From Acidimicrobiales bacterium (GTDB lineage Bacteria; Actinomycetota; Acidimicrobiia; Acidimicrobiales; Bog-793), in contig DATGKK010000145.1 in NCBI GenBank assembly GCA_035294725.1, positions 4,897 to 68,896 of the forward strand: a stretch of 64,000 nt of DNA, given 5' to 3'. The position numbers and the translations under genes are program-made. The notes beneath the pieces are model-generated. The model saw nothing but the letters and a program-made list of their open reading frames with translations, made no database searches and was not told the DNA's origin. This document shows, in pieces, positions 36,052 to 45,354 of the stretch. Position 1 is the first letter of the stretch. Every line of letters starts with the position of its first letter.

Positions 36052-36160
36052 GTGAGGCAGCCGAGGTCCGACGAGTTGGCACCGAGCACGGTGAGCGCGC
36101 CTTCGCGGTCGTCACACGCACGACGTGGTGGAGCCTTACTGTCGCCACCCGCCGAGATGC

Positions 36161-36463
36161 TCACTGTTGTTGCAGTTGCCGCTCCAGCGACTCGACTTTC
36201 GAGTGCAGCGCGTCGGTCGCCGAGGGCCGGTAGTCGATCTTGATCACGACGCCCACTCTCGGTGCCCTCTCGCCGACCTTCATCACGCAGGCCTTCACGA
36301 GCGACATCACCTCGTCCCATTCGCCCTCGACGTTGGTGAACATGGCGTTGGTCTCGTTGGGCAGGCCGCTCTCACGCACGAGCCGCACCGCGTCGGCGAC
36401 GTAGGGTGCGACCGACTCGCCGACGCCATCTCCGCTCGGAGTGATGGAAAAGGCTGCGATCAT
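36161..36463 (-). CDS. MTH1187/YkoF-like (UPF0045) small protein
   Basis: 100 aa from the internal ATG: MIAAFSITPSGDG...VAPYVADAVRLVRESGLPNETNAMFTNVEGEWDEVM. Confidence 0.7.
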   Translation of the reverse strand: MIAAFSITPSGDGVGESVAPYVADAVRLVRESGLPNETNAMFTNVEGEWDEVMSLVKACVMKVGERAPRVGVVIKIDYRPSATDALHSKVESLERQLQQQ

Positions 36464-36512
36464 GCCTGCATTCTTGCCGCCTGGCGCTGCTCCGGCGTGA
36501 CAGGCTGTCGAG

Positions 36513-37316
36513 GTGACCGCGAGCTCGCCCGGATCGCCTGCCGCTCCGCTCTTTCGAGGAGTCGGAGTGGCCCTCGTCACTTTGTTCAACGAGGACGGGA
36601 GCGTCGACGCGGCCGCCACGGCGGCGCTCGCCGAGCGGCTCGTCGGCCTCGGAGTGCGGGCGGTTCTCGTCGCCGGTTCGACCGGCGAAGCCGCCACTCT
36701 CGCGCCCGAGGAGCGGACGGCCCTTGTTCAGGCGGTGCGAGCGGTCCTACCCCCAAGCTCGGGAGTGCCGCTCCTCGCCGGCACTGGCGCTCCTAGCGCG
36801 AAGCAGGCTGCGGAGCTGAGCCGCCGCGCAAAGGGAGACGGCGCCGACGCAGTTCTCGCGCTCTCTCCGCCGGGGAGCGAGGACCTCCCCGGCTACTACG
36901 AGACGGTCGCGAGCGCAGCGACACCGCTCCCGGTCCTCGGGTACCACTTCCCCTCTGTGTCCAGCCCCGGCATCCCGATCGAGTTGCTCGACCGTCTTCC
37001 AATCGACGGCCTGAAGGATTCGACCGCCGATGCCGACCGGCTCTTCCGGACGGCGACCTGCTGGGACCGGCCTCTTTACACGGGCTCGTCAGCTCTCGTC
37101 GCCCTCGCTGGCGCGGTCGGTGTAGCTGGGGCCATCCTCGCGCTCGCCAACGCCCGCCCCGAGCTCTGCCAGCAGGGTTTCGCGGGCTCGCTCGAGGCGC
37201 AGCGTGAGCTTGTGGCGGACCACCTTGCTGCAAAAGCTGCCTTCCCTGCTGGCATCAAGGGCCTCACGTCCGAACGCTTCGGCACCTCGCGAGCGGCTCG
37301 TTTAGCAGGTCCCTGA
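36513..37316 (+). CDS. Dihydrodipicolinate synthase/N-acetylneuraminate lyase family protein
   Basis: GVGVALVTLFNEDGSVD, VAGSTGEAATL, YHFP and GLKDST (Schiff-base Lys). Confidence 0.8.
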   Translation: MTASSPGSPAAPLFRGVGVALVTLFNEDGSVDAAATAALAERLVGLGVRAVLVAGSTGEAATLAPEERTALVQAVRAVLPPSSGVPLLAGTGAPSAKQAAELSRRAKGDGADAVLALSPPGSEDLPGYYETVASAATPLPVLGYHFPSVSSPGIPIELLDRLPIDGLKDSTADADRLFRTATCWDRPLYTGSSALVALAGAVGVAGAILALANARPELCQQGFAGSLEAQRELVADHLAAKAAFPAGIKGLTSERFGTSRAARLAGP

Positions 37317-37357
37317 GGTAGTCGCGACCTCAGGTGCCTACTGGTGCACCTCAGGTG
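37312..37357. terminator. Overlapping alternative hairpins between convergent genes
   Basis: CCTGAGGT-agtcgcg-ACCTCAGG forms a perfect 8-bp stem. AGGTGC-N8-GCACCT is an alternative. ACCTCAGGTG occurs twice (37327-36 and 37348-57). There is no U-tract. Confidence 0.4.
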
Positions 37358-38253
37358 TAGAAGTAGCGATCCGCGCTCGCCGCGGCCGAGGTGCCGCCGG
37401 CCGCCGTCACGGTCACGTACACCGTGCCCGAGACGGCCGGGGCGGTCACCTTGATCTCGGTCGAAGAGGCCCGGTCGTCGATCTTCGCGAGGTGGCTCCC
37501 GAAGTGGACGGGGACGTAGGTGTGCTCGTTGGAGCTACGACGTGGCCGAGGTGCCGGCCGGTGTCCTCACCGGCGCGGTCCCTGCCGGGCTCGTCGCGCA
37601 GGAGGTCTGCGTGCACGAGACGCCGGCCGCCGGGCTCGTCCCGAAGTCGACCGCGGTTGCCCCTTAAGGTTCTCCCCGCTGATCGTGGCGCCGGTGCCCC
37701 CAGACGCCGGTCCAGAGGTCGGGCTGATCGAGGTGACGACGGGGGGATCGAGCTCGAGGGCGTTCCGACCATCACCTGCCCTTCGGAGCTGAGGGCGGCA
37801 CAGAAGGTCGCCGAGGGGCACGAGACCGAGACGATGCCGCGACCGTTCGAGTCGATCGCCACCGGGGTCGACCAGGTCGATCCGTTGAAGGTGAGTGCGT
37901 TGCCGCTCCCGTCGATCGCGGCCGAGAGGGCGGTCGAGGGACAAGAGACCGAGCTCAGGGCTACCGAGGTGTCGACCCTCACAGGCTGCGACCATGCCGC
38001 ACCGTCGTAGGTGACCACGTTGCCGGCGCGATCCACCGCGCCGCAGACGTTTGCGGAGGCAGACGAGTCGAGTCCAGCCCGCTGTTCGGGTCGATGCTCG
38101 CTGACGCCGACCACGAGAGCCAGTGGAGGTGAGGGTGTTTAGGTCAATGCCGGCGGCTTCGGATCACTCAGATCCGCCCTGGGTGTCCATATCGCTGCCG
38201 AACACGGCGCCTGGAGAGGCTCTCGAATCAGTACGAGGGCTGGTCGTGGCCGG
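37351..38253 (-). pseudogene. Frameshifted continuation of the Cys-pair repeat lipoprotein: about 4 more repeats plus two IPT/TIG domains
   Basis: Repeat units and IPT-like sequences are readable only by switching frames. Examples are PPVVTSISPTSGPASGGTGATISGENLKG, GATAVDFGTSPAAGVSCTQTSCATSPAG, and VHFGSHLAKIDDRASSTEIKVTAPAVSGTVYVTVTAAGGTSAAASADRYFYT* ending at 37351. There are in-frame stops at 38254 and 38179 on the coding strand. Confidence 0.6.
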
Positions 38254-39873
38254 TCATTGTGTCGATGAGCGCCGCGACAGGTGGCTGCCGAGGTGGAGGG
38301 CAATGGTTTGACCGGATCGGTCGACAGCGGAGCAGAAGTTCGGCGACACGCAAGAGACCGATGTGATGGCTCCACTTGGGTCGACCGCCCTGGGGCGCGA
38401 CCACGCCCTTCCGTTGTAGGTCAGGACGTGACCGGAACCGTCGGCTGCGACGCAGGTGCTCGCCGCCGGGACGCAGGAGAGTGCGCTGAGGCCCCTGCCG
38501 TTGGAGTCGATGCTCACCGGCGTCGACCATCCCGTCCCCTTGTCGGTGACCACGTTCCCGGAACCGTCGACCGCGGTGCAGAGGCTCGTTGAGGCGCAGG
38601 CAACCGTGAGATCGAAGCTGCCGGGGTCGACACTCACGGGAGCTGTCCAACGGCTGCCATCGAACGTGACGGCGTGTCCGGATTCGTCCACTGCGACGCA
38701 GAAGGTCGCAGACGGGCACGAGACGGAAGTGAGAAAGCCGTTCGCGTCGACCGCGACCGGCTTCGACCATCGCGACCTGGTATCGGTGAGGGCAGCGCCC
38801 TCCCCGTCCACTGCGACGCAGAAGCTCACGGAGGCGCACGACACCGAGCTGAGGCCCTGCCCGTGGGGATCGATCAGTACCGGATTCGACCACGCGTGCC
38901 CGTCGTAATGGAGCGCATGCCCGGAGTGGTCCACTGCGACGCAGAAGCTCAAGGAGGCGCACGACACCGAGCTGAGGCCCTGCCCGTTCGGGTCGATGCT
39001 CACCGGCTTCGACCATGCCCTCCCGTTGTAGGTGACCGCTCGTCCTGCTCCATCCACTGCCACACAGAAGCTGATCGTGTGGCACGAGACCGAGCGAAGT
39101 CCCTGGCTCGTCGGGTCGATGCTTGACGGGATACTCCAGGATGTACCGCTGAGGGTCAGGTAGGCGCCCGCTCCGTCCACGGCCACGCAAGAGCCCACGG
39201 CCACGCACGCGACAGAGGTGAGGCCCCGGTTCGGGTCGACAGTCGCGCTGGACCACCGTGACCCGCTGTAGGTGAGAGCGTCGCCCTCCCTGTCGACAGC
39301 CACGCAGAACGACGACGAAGCACACGAGACCGACGTGAGCCCGCCACCGTTCGGGTCGACGTTCGCGCCGGACCAGCTTGACCCGTTGAAGGTGAGCGCG
39401 TCGCCTGCTCCGTCCACGGCGGCGCAGAAGGTTGTGGAGGTGCACGAGACGGAAGTCAGGCCCTGCGCCCTCGGCTCGACCCTCACCGGATCGGACCACT
39501 CCGACCCCTTGTAAGCGACCGCGTCGCCGGCGAGGTCCACGGCGACGCAGAAACCGGGGTTCTCCGTGGCGCACGAGACCGCGTCGAGCGGAGTGGAGTC
39601 GATCCTCACCGGGCTCGACCAGCTCGATCCGTCAAACGTCAGTGCGCGGCCGGCGTCATCGACGGCCACGCAGAAGCTGGTCGAGCCGCACGACACGTCG
39701 AACACGGAGCCGCTCGATGCGATCCTCACCGGGCTCGACCAGTCCATTCCGTCGAACCTGAGCGCCCTGCCGGAGTCGTCGACCGCCACGCAGAAGCTTG
39801 CCGAGGCACAGGAGATCGAGTCGAGGGTGCGTGAAGGATCGATCTCCAATGGGCTGCTCCAGCTCAGGCTGGC
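37770..39873 (-). repeat. Tandem coding repeats with a period of about 120-129 bp
   Basis: For example, 38807-38865 and 38930-38988 (period 123 bp) differ at 1 of about 59 nt. Confidence 0.8.
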
Positions 39874-40083
39874 ACCGCTGCTGCCAAACGGGTTCGATCT
39901 GGCTCGAGGTGAGTCCTGCCGGTGAGCTTCGTGAGCGGGCCGGCCGATCTGGATCGATCCGGCGAGGTTGCGGGTCCCACTGCACGCGCCGAGCAACACC
40001 GCGCCGACCAGGAACGCCAAGAGCGGTCGCGTCCTCTTCAAGGGGGCTCGGAGTGGCGGCGGACCGATGTGATGACACGTCAT
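38254..40083 (-). CDS. Lipoprotein made of 13 tandem 41-43-aa Cys-pair repeats (probable beta-propeller; Asp-box-like DG-x2-WS)
   Basis: Signal peptide with lipobox LLGAC. Repeated unit is SVSC-x3-4-FCVAVD-x-G-x-A-x-T(Y/F)-x-G-x2-WS-x-P-x2-(I/V)D-x3-5-GL. The 609-aa ORF ends inside a repeat, so it may be truncated. Confidence 0.75.
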   Translation of the reverse strand: MTCHHIGPPPLRAPLKRTRPLLAFLVGAVLLGACSGTRNLAGSIQIGRPAHEAHRQDSPRARSNPFGSSGASLSWSSPLEIDPSRTLDSISCASASFCVAVDDSGRALRFDGMDWSSPVRIASSGSVFDVSCGSTSFCVAVDDAGRALTFDGSSWSSPVRIDSTPLDAVSCATENPGFCVAVDLAGDAVAYKGSEWSDPVRVEPRAQGLTSVSCTSTTFCAAVDGAGDALTFNGSSWSGANVDPNGGGLTSVSCASSSFCVAVDREGDALTYSGSRWSSATVDPNRGLTSVACVAVGSCVAVDGAGAYLTLSGTSWSIPSSIDPTSQGLRSVSCHTISFCVAVDGAGRAVTYNGRAWSKPVSIDPNGQGLSSVSCASLSFCVAVDHSGHALHYDGHAWSNPVLIDPHGQGLSSVSCASVSFCVAVDGEGAALTDTRSRWSKPVAVDANGFLTSVSCPSATFCVAVDESGHAVTFDGSRWTAPVSVDPGSFDLTVACASTSLCTAVDGSGNVVTDKGTGWSTPVSIDSNGRGLSALSCVPAASTCVAADGSGHVLTYNGRAWSRPRAVDPSGAITSVSCVSPNFCSAVDRSGQTIALHLGSHLSRRSSTQ

Positions 40084-40204
40084 CTGCCGTCCTCTCCGAG
40101 GGAGTGCTAGTCGGCAAGCACCGCCGTTGAGTCACCAGTGTGACGACGATCTCGGCGCGTTTCAACGCGCGCCATTGCGATCGACGTGCCTCGTACTCCG
40201 GACT

Positions 40205-41248
40205 TCAGAGCCGGGCAGCCCGGCCGATGGCGTCGAGGAGACGGTCGACGTCCTCGGCGGTCGTGGCGAACGAGCACATGAAGCGCACCTCGCCCGTGCG
40301 GCGGTCCCAGTCGTAGAAGCTGAAGCGCTTCCGCACCTCGCTCGCGACACTCCTCGGCAGCATGGCGAAGACTCCGTTCGCCTCGGTCGGATGGGTGATG
40401 CGGACGCCTGGCACAGTGGCGAGCCCGGAGGCGAGGCGGTCGGCCATGTCGTTCGCGTGGCGGGCTGCGCGCAGCCAGAGGTCACCCTCGTACAGCGCCG
40501 TCAGCTGGGCGGACAAGAAACGCATCTTCGAGGCGAGCTGACCGTCCATCTTCCGCAGGTACTTCACGCCCGGAGCGCCTGCAGGGTTGACGACGACGAC
40601 GGCTTCGGCGCATACGCCGCCGTTCTTCGTCGCGCCGAGCGACACGACGTCCACTCCCACGTCGGTGGTGAGCTCCCGCAGGGATGTCCCGAGGCGCGCG
40701 GCGGCGTTCGCGAGGCGAGCGCCGTCGACGTGCACCCGCATGCCGAGCTCGTGGGCGTGGTCGGCGAGAGCTCGCAGCTCTGCGGGGCGGTAGACGGTGC
40801 CGACCTCGGTTGCCTGCGTGAGCGAGACCGCCGCCGGTTGCGCGCGGTGCTCGTCGCCGAACCCCCACGCCTCAGTGTCGACGAGCTCCGGTGTGAGCTT
40901 GCCATCCGAGGTCGGGATGGTGAGCAGCTTGACGGCTGCCACCCGCTCCGGTGCGCCTCCCTCATCGGTGGCGATGTGGGCGCCCTCGGCGCAGATGACC
41001 CCGCCCCACTTCGGCAGCAACGCCTGCAGTGCGACGACGTTGGCGCCGGTCCCGTTGAACACGGGGTAGGCCTCACACTGCTCCCCGAAGTGCCGCCGCG
41101 CGACCTCGCCGAAGCGAGCCGTCCACTCGTCCTCCCCGTAGGACACGGCGTACCCGCGGTTCGCCGCAGCCATGGCTGCCAGCACCTCCTCGTGAGCGCC
41201 GGCGTAGTTGTCGGAGGCGAAGCGATGATCGACCGACTCGTCGGCCAT
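40205..41248 (-). CDS. ltaE: Low-specificity L-threonine aldolase (beta-eliminating lyase family, PLP)
   Basis: FASDNYAG, VFNGTGANVVAL and SLGATKNG (PLP Lys). Confidence 0.85.
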   Translation of the reverse strand: MADESVDHRFASDNYAGAHEEVLAAMAAANRGYAVSYGEDEWTARFGEVARRHFGEQCEAYPVFNGTGANVVALQALLPKWGGVICAEGAHIATDEGGAPERVAAVKLLTIPTSDGKLTPELVDTEAWGFGDEHRAQPAAVSLTQATEVGTVYRPAELRALADHAHELGMRVHVDGARLANAAARLGTSLRELTTDVGVDVVSLGATKNGGVCAEAVVVVNPAGAPGVKYLRKMDGQLASKMRFLSAQLTALYEGDLWLRAARHANDMADRLASGLATVPGVRITHPTEANGVFAMLPRSVASEVRKRFSFYDWDRRTGEVRFMCSFATTAEDVDRLLDAIGRAARL

Positions 41249-41296
41249 CGGCGTCAGCAGCGAACTGCTACGGCGTTCTCGGCCGCAGCAGTTGTC

Positions 41297-41722
41297 TCAG
41301 CCGGCAGAGCGCGCCTCGGCGTCCCGCACTCGCTGCACCATCAGCTCGAGCAGCGCCCACATCGTCTCCGGATGGGACATCGCGAAAGGGCGGAAGACCG
41401 GCTGGGTGAGCATGAGACACCTCAGGTCGGTGGCCGCCGTCACGGTCGCCGAGCGGGGGGAGCGGTCGATCAGCGCCATCTCGCCGAAGTAGTCGCCGGG
41501 CTTCAGCGTGCGGACCGGCTTGCCGTTCACCGAGACCGTGGCCTGACCCTCCGCGATCATCATGAAGATCGTGCCGAAGCCCTCCTGCTCGCTCAGCACC
41601 GAGCCGGCAGGGAAGGTCCGGTCGTGCACGTCGCGTGCCAGTCGGGCGATCTCGCGCTTGGAGAGCATGGCAAACAGCGGCACCTTCGCGAGCACTTCTT
41701 CCGCGGTGGACATGCCGGTCAT
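41297..41722 (-). CDS. Cyclic-nucleotide-binding domain protein (no DNA-binding domain)
   Basis: 141 aa with VPLFAMLSKREIARLA...GDYFGEMALIDRSPRSATVTA. Confidence 0.8.
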   Translation of the reverse strand: MTGMSTAEEVLAKVPLFAMLSKREIARLARDVHDRTFPAGSVLSEQEGFGTIFMMIAEGQATVSVNGKPVRTLKPGDYFGEMALIDRSPRSATVTAATDLRCLMLTQPVFRPFAMSHPETMWALLELMVQRVRDAEARSAG

Positions 41723-42404
41723 CGTACGCGGCAGGACGGCGAGCAGCTAGGAGGAACGAGCCCGCGCGAGAAGTTCGAACTCGACGGCCGGTACCCGCTC
41801 GCGGGTCCGCTCGTGGGCCCCCCTGCCGGTGCCGCTGTGCGCGCAGCTCAGTGCCGACCGCGTGGCAGAGCACCCCGTCTCAGCGCGACCTCCCCGCCCA
41901 TTTCGGCAGCCCCGGCTCTCGGGGGGACGTGCGGCCGCGGCTCGCATGCTGCAGGCCTACCGCGACGTGCGCCTGTCCCCTGGGCGGGTCAGCAGCCGGG
42001 GCGCGGTCTGGTCAGGGCAGCAGGCAGGACGTTGCGTGCACCCGATCAGGCTGCCAGCCGCCACCGCGAGATCGTCGGGGCAGACTCGCCTCGGCAGTTG
42101 CGACCGAGATCGGGCGTACGGGTAGGAAGGGAGGTGTATCCGGACAAGAAGGCGGTGGTGAACAGCCGAGCAAACGGAGGAGCGTCTGCTTCTCACTTGA
42201 GGTGAGGTCGTCGCCGCCATCACGCGTGCGGAGGCGCGATCATCGATTCGCTCTCGCCGTGGGTGGGCCTTTTCGTTGCTGACGGGGCCGGCGCTGTGGC
42301 CGGTGGCGTTCTGCGCTAGCGCCGGATCCGGCGGCACCCTCGCGCCAGGCGGGCCGCTCCGGCGGTCGGCTGAGTGCGAGGAGGCGGCGGCCTAGGCTCC
42401 TGCC

Positions 42405-43292
42405 ATGTCGCGCGCGCTCGTGCTCGGTGGTGGTGGTCCAGTCGGGATCGGATGGGAGAGCGGGCTCGTCGCGGGCCTTCGCCGGGAGGGGGTCGACCTC
42501 GGCGAAGCCGATGCCGTGATCGGCACCTCGGCCGGTTCCTTCGTCGGGGCGCTCCTCACCTCGGGCCTCGATCCCGGCGAGACGGTCCGTGAGCTCTCCG
42601 GCGTCCGTCCCGACCTAACCGCTCCGTCCCGAGACGGCACCACGATGGCCGAGCGAATGCAGCGGCTCATGGACGCGATCATGCGGCTCGCCACGAGCGG
42701 CATGGACGAGGACGAGGGCCGCCGCGAGATCGGCCGCCTCGCGCTCGAGGCGCCGGGCATCCCCGAAGAGGCCTTCCTTGCGTTCTTCAGCGTGCTCAGG
42801 GGCTTGGAGTGGCCGGACCGCTTCGCCTGCACGGCCGTCGATGCCGAGAGTGGTCAGTTCGTGGTCTGGCGCAAAGGGGGCGAGGCCGACCTGCAGCACG
42901 GGGTGGCGTCGAGCTGTGCCGTGCCGGCGGTCTACTCGCCGGTCACGATCGGAGGGCGGCGGTATGTCGACGGCGGCATGCGGGACGCCCTCAACGCCGA
43001 CGTGGCAAGCGGGCACGACCGGGTCCTCCTCGTCTCGGTGATGGCGCTGGCGCTCCCAGAGGGGATGTCGAACCCGATGTTCGACGCCCTCGTCGGGCGC
43101 ACGCACGCCGCCATCGACGGCCTGCGGGCAGAGGGGGCGCAGGTTGCGGTCATCGAGCCGGACGCAGAGCTCCTCGATCTGAGCGGAGGGGGGACGGCGC
43201 TCATGGACGCCGGCAGGGCGGAGGCCGCCTACGAAGCCGGCATGAGGCTCGCAAGCGCGGAGGCTCCACGCATCGCCGAGCTCTGGAATTAG
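42405..43292 (+). CDS. Patatin-like phospholipase
   Basis: VLGGGGPVGIGWESG oxyanion motif, GTSAGS nucleophile and YVDGGMRD Asp motif. Confidence 0.85.
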   Translation: MSRALVLGGGGPVGIGWESGLVAGLRREGVDLGEADAVIGTSAGSFVGALLTSGLDPGETVRELSGVRPDLTAPSRDGTTMAERMQRLMDAIMRLATSGMDEDEGRREIGRLALEAPGIPEEAFLAFFSVLRGLEWPDRFACTAVDAESGQFVVWRKGGEADLQHGVASSCAVPAVYSPVTIGGRRYVDGGMRDALNADVASGHDRVLLVSVMALALPEGMSNPMFDALVGRTHAAIDGLRAEGAQVAVIEPDAELLDLSGGGTALMDAGRAEAAYEAGMRLASAEAPRIAELWN

Positions 43293-43320
43293 CGCTCCCG
43301 CGGCCGGATGAGGCGGCCGG

Positions 43321-44679
43321 TCAGCCGGTCACTGCCTCGTCGGTGATGGCGAGCGCCTCGTCGATGACGGCGATGCCCTCGGCGAGCTCGTCCTCGGTGA
43401 TGCACAGCGGCGGGTTCGTCATGAGCTGGTTCCAGTGTGCGAAGGCGTAGACGCCGTGGTCGAGCAGGTAGCGGCTGAGCGCCTGCATCTCGGGGCTCGT
43501 ACCGTTGAACGGAGCCATCGGCTCTCCAGTCGTGCGGTCCCGCACGAGCTCGAGGCAGCCGAAGAGCCCGATGCTCCGGTGCCAGCCCACCGAGGGGTGC
43601 CTCGACGCCAGGCGCTCGTGGTGGGAGCGGAGGACCGCGCCCATCTTGGCGGCGTGCTCGATGAGGCCGTCCTCCTCGTAGGCCTCGATCGTGGCGAGGG
43701 CGGCAGCGCACGCGACAGGGTGGGAGTTGTAGGTGAGGCCTCCGGCGAAGGGGTGGTCCTCGAAGAACTCGGCGATGTGGGCGCGCATGCCGACGGCGCC
43801 GAGCGGCAGGTAGCTCGAGGTGAGCCCCTTCGCGCACGTGAGCAGGTCAGGCACGATGCCGAAGTGGTCGACGGCGAACCACCGGCCCGTCCGGCCGAAG
43901 CCGCTCATCACCTCGTCGGCGATCATCATGATGCCGTGGCGGTCGCAGAGCTCCCGGACGCCCTGGAGGTAGCCGTCGGGCGGGATGAGGATCCCGTTCG
44001 TGCCGGTGACCGGCTCCAGGATGAGCGCGGCAATCGTCGCCGGGCCTTCGAGCTCGATCGTCTCCTCCAGAGCGGCGAGTGCCACCTCGGCAGAGTCCTG
44101 CTGCCTCATCGTCCCGTGGTAGAAGTCGAGCACGTGCACGACGCCCGGGATGCCGGGCTCGTTCGGCCAACGGCGTGGCTCCCCGGTGAGGGTGATCGCG
44201 CCCGCCGTGGCCCCGTGGTACGAGCGGTAGCGGGCGATCACCTTCTGGCGGCCGGTCACGGCACGGGCGATCCGGATCGCGTTCTCGTTCGCCTCCGCCC
44301 CGCCGAGGGTGAAGAAGGTCTTCTCGATGTCGCCGGGGAAGAGCTCGGCGAGCTTGCGCCCGAGGCGGGCGCGAACCTCGGTGGTCATCGTGGCCGAGTT
44401 GACGTAGGCGACCTGCTCGGCCTGGCGGCGGATGGCGTCGACCACCCGGCGATCGCCGTGCCCGAGGTTGACGCTCATGAGCTGGGAGTTGAAGTCCAGG
44501 TAGCGCTTGCCGTCGGCGTCGTAGAAGTAGACGCCCTCCGCGCGGGCGACCGGGATCGGCGCCACCTTGGACTGGATCGCCCAGTCGAAGAGGGTGTAGC
44601 GCCGCGACCATTCCACGATCTCGTCGGCGGGCATCGGGCCTTGGTTCGTCATGGGGCCATCATCGCGTCGGGGCGCCAC
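43321..44679 (-). CDS. Class-III (omega) aminotransferase
   Basis: LGGAEANENAIRIAR, RYRSYHGAT, IADEVMSGFGRTG and TCAKGLTSSY (PLP Lys). The start is either the GTG at 44679 or the ATG at 44652. Confidence 0.85.
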   Translation of the reverse strand: MAPRRDDGPMTNQGPMPADEIVEWSRRYTLFDWAIQSKVAPIPVARAEGVYFYDADGKRYLDFNSQLMSVNLGHGDRRVVDAIRRQAEQVAYVNSATMTTEVRARLGRKLAELFPGDIEKTFFTLGGAEANENAIRIARAVTGRQKVIARYRSYHGATAGAITLTGEPRRWPNEPGIPGVVHVLDFYHGTMRQQDSAEVALAALEETIELEGPATIAALILEPVTGTNGILIPPDGYLQGVRELCDRHGIMMIADEVMSGFGRTGRWFAVDHFGIVPDLLTCAKGLTSSYLPLGAVGMRAHIAEFFEDHPFAGGLTYNSHPVACAAALATIEAYEEDGLIEHAAKMGAVLRSHHERLASRHPSVGWHRSIGLFGCLELVRDRTTGEPMAPFNGTSPEMQALSRYLLDHGVYAFAHWNQLMTNPPLCITEDELAEGIAVIDEALAITDEAVTG

Positions 44680-44772
44680 TCCGGCCCAGTCGACATGGCG
44701 CGGAGGACCGGGCCGGAGTTGCGCGGAGCGGCAGATGCCGGGGGCGCCCGTCTCGCTCTACCTGGCAAGCCG

Positions 44773-45279
44773 CTACTCCCAGGTCGAGAACCGACCGGGA
44801 TTCTCGAGGAACTCCTCCACGCTCACCGGGGAGACCCACTCGAGGTCCCACTCGTGGCCGGACTGGGCGAGCTGGATGAGGGTTCCGCCCGTGCTCTTTG
44901 GATGAAGGAACATCTCCTTCCAGTACGGGTTCTCGAGATAGACGCCGAACGGCTCGATGCCGGCTGCCCGGACGGCATCGATCGCCTGGTGGATGTCGGG
45001 GACCTTGAAGGTGAGGTGGTGCAGGCCGCCGGTGGGATGCTTGCGGAGGAAGCTCTCCAAGAAGCCCGAGCCGTCGAGCTCCTCGATGAGCTCGATCCGA
45101 CCACCGCCCGGGTACCGGAGCTGGATCGCGCGAAAGCCGGTCAGGGGATTGTTGCCGCCTCCGACGAACTGCCCGCCGAGCAGGTCGCGGAAGATCGCGA
45201 GCGACCCCTTGATCGAGGGTGTCGCATGGGCTACGTGGTCGAAGGTGGCGTCGAGTCCGTCGATGTCGAGCATCTCCAC
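44773..45279 (-). CDS. VOC (glyoxalase/dioxygenase/epimerase) family protein
   Basis: FDHVAHATPSI...GGLHHLTFKVPDI metal-ligand pattern. Confidence 0.75.
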   Translation of the reverse strand: MEMLDIDGLDATFDHVAHATPSIKGSLAIFRDLLGGQFVGGGNNPLTGFRAIQLRYPGGGRIELIEELDGSGFLESFLRKHPTGGLHHLTFKVPDIHQAIDAVRAAGIEPFGVYLENPYWKEMFLHPKSTGGTLIQLAQSGHEWDLEWVSPVSVEEFLENPGRFSTWE

Positions 45280-45354
45280 TCCTTACCACGTGCCGCCTCC
45301 CCGCTAGGGTGCTGGGTGCTGGAGGCGGCTCGACCCAGGTGAGCGAGGTGGACA

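Noticed and set aside
38600-39100. Regularly spaced ~123-bp repeats that could superficially resemble a CRISPR or other non-coding array.
   Set aside because: The whole array is one continuous ORF encoding a protein repeat. There are no unique spacers, the period is far longer than a CRISPR repeat-spacer unit, and there are no cas genes.
41755-41800. A GTTCGAA sequence resembling a tRNA T-loop in the intergenic region.
   Set aside because: The flanking bases do not form a 5-bp T-stem on either strand, and no acceptor or anticodon arms could be folded.
40127-42205. 692-aa plus-strand ORF spanning the threonine aldolase and cNMP-binding genes.
   Set aside because: It is antisense to two well-supported minus-strand genes, has low-complexity Arg/Gly-rich translation and carries no recognisable domain.
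42405-43292. Patatin-like lipases (also 58120-59151) as possible CBASS/CapV-type defence effectors, with a cNMP-binding protein nearby.
   Set aside because: No CD-NTase/cyclase, no E1/E2/JAB accessory genes and no other defence genes are adjacent. The neighbours are housekeeping metabolic genes, and the cNMP-binding gene is separated and divergent.
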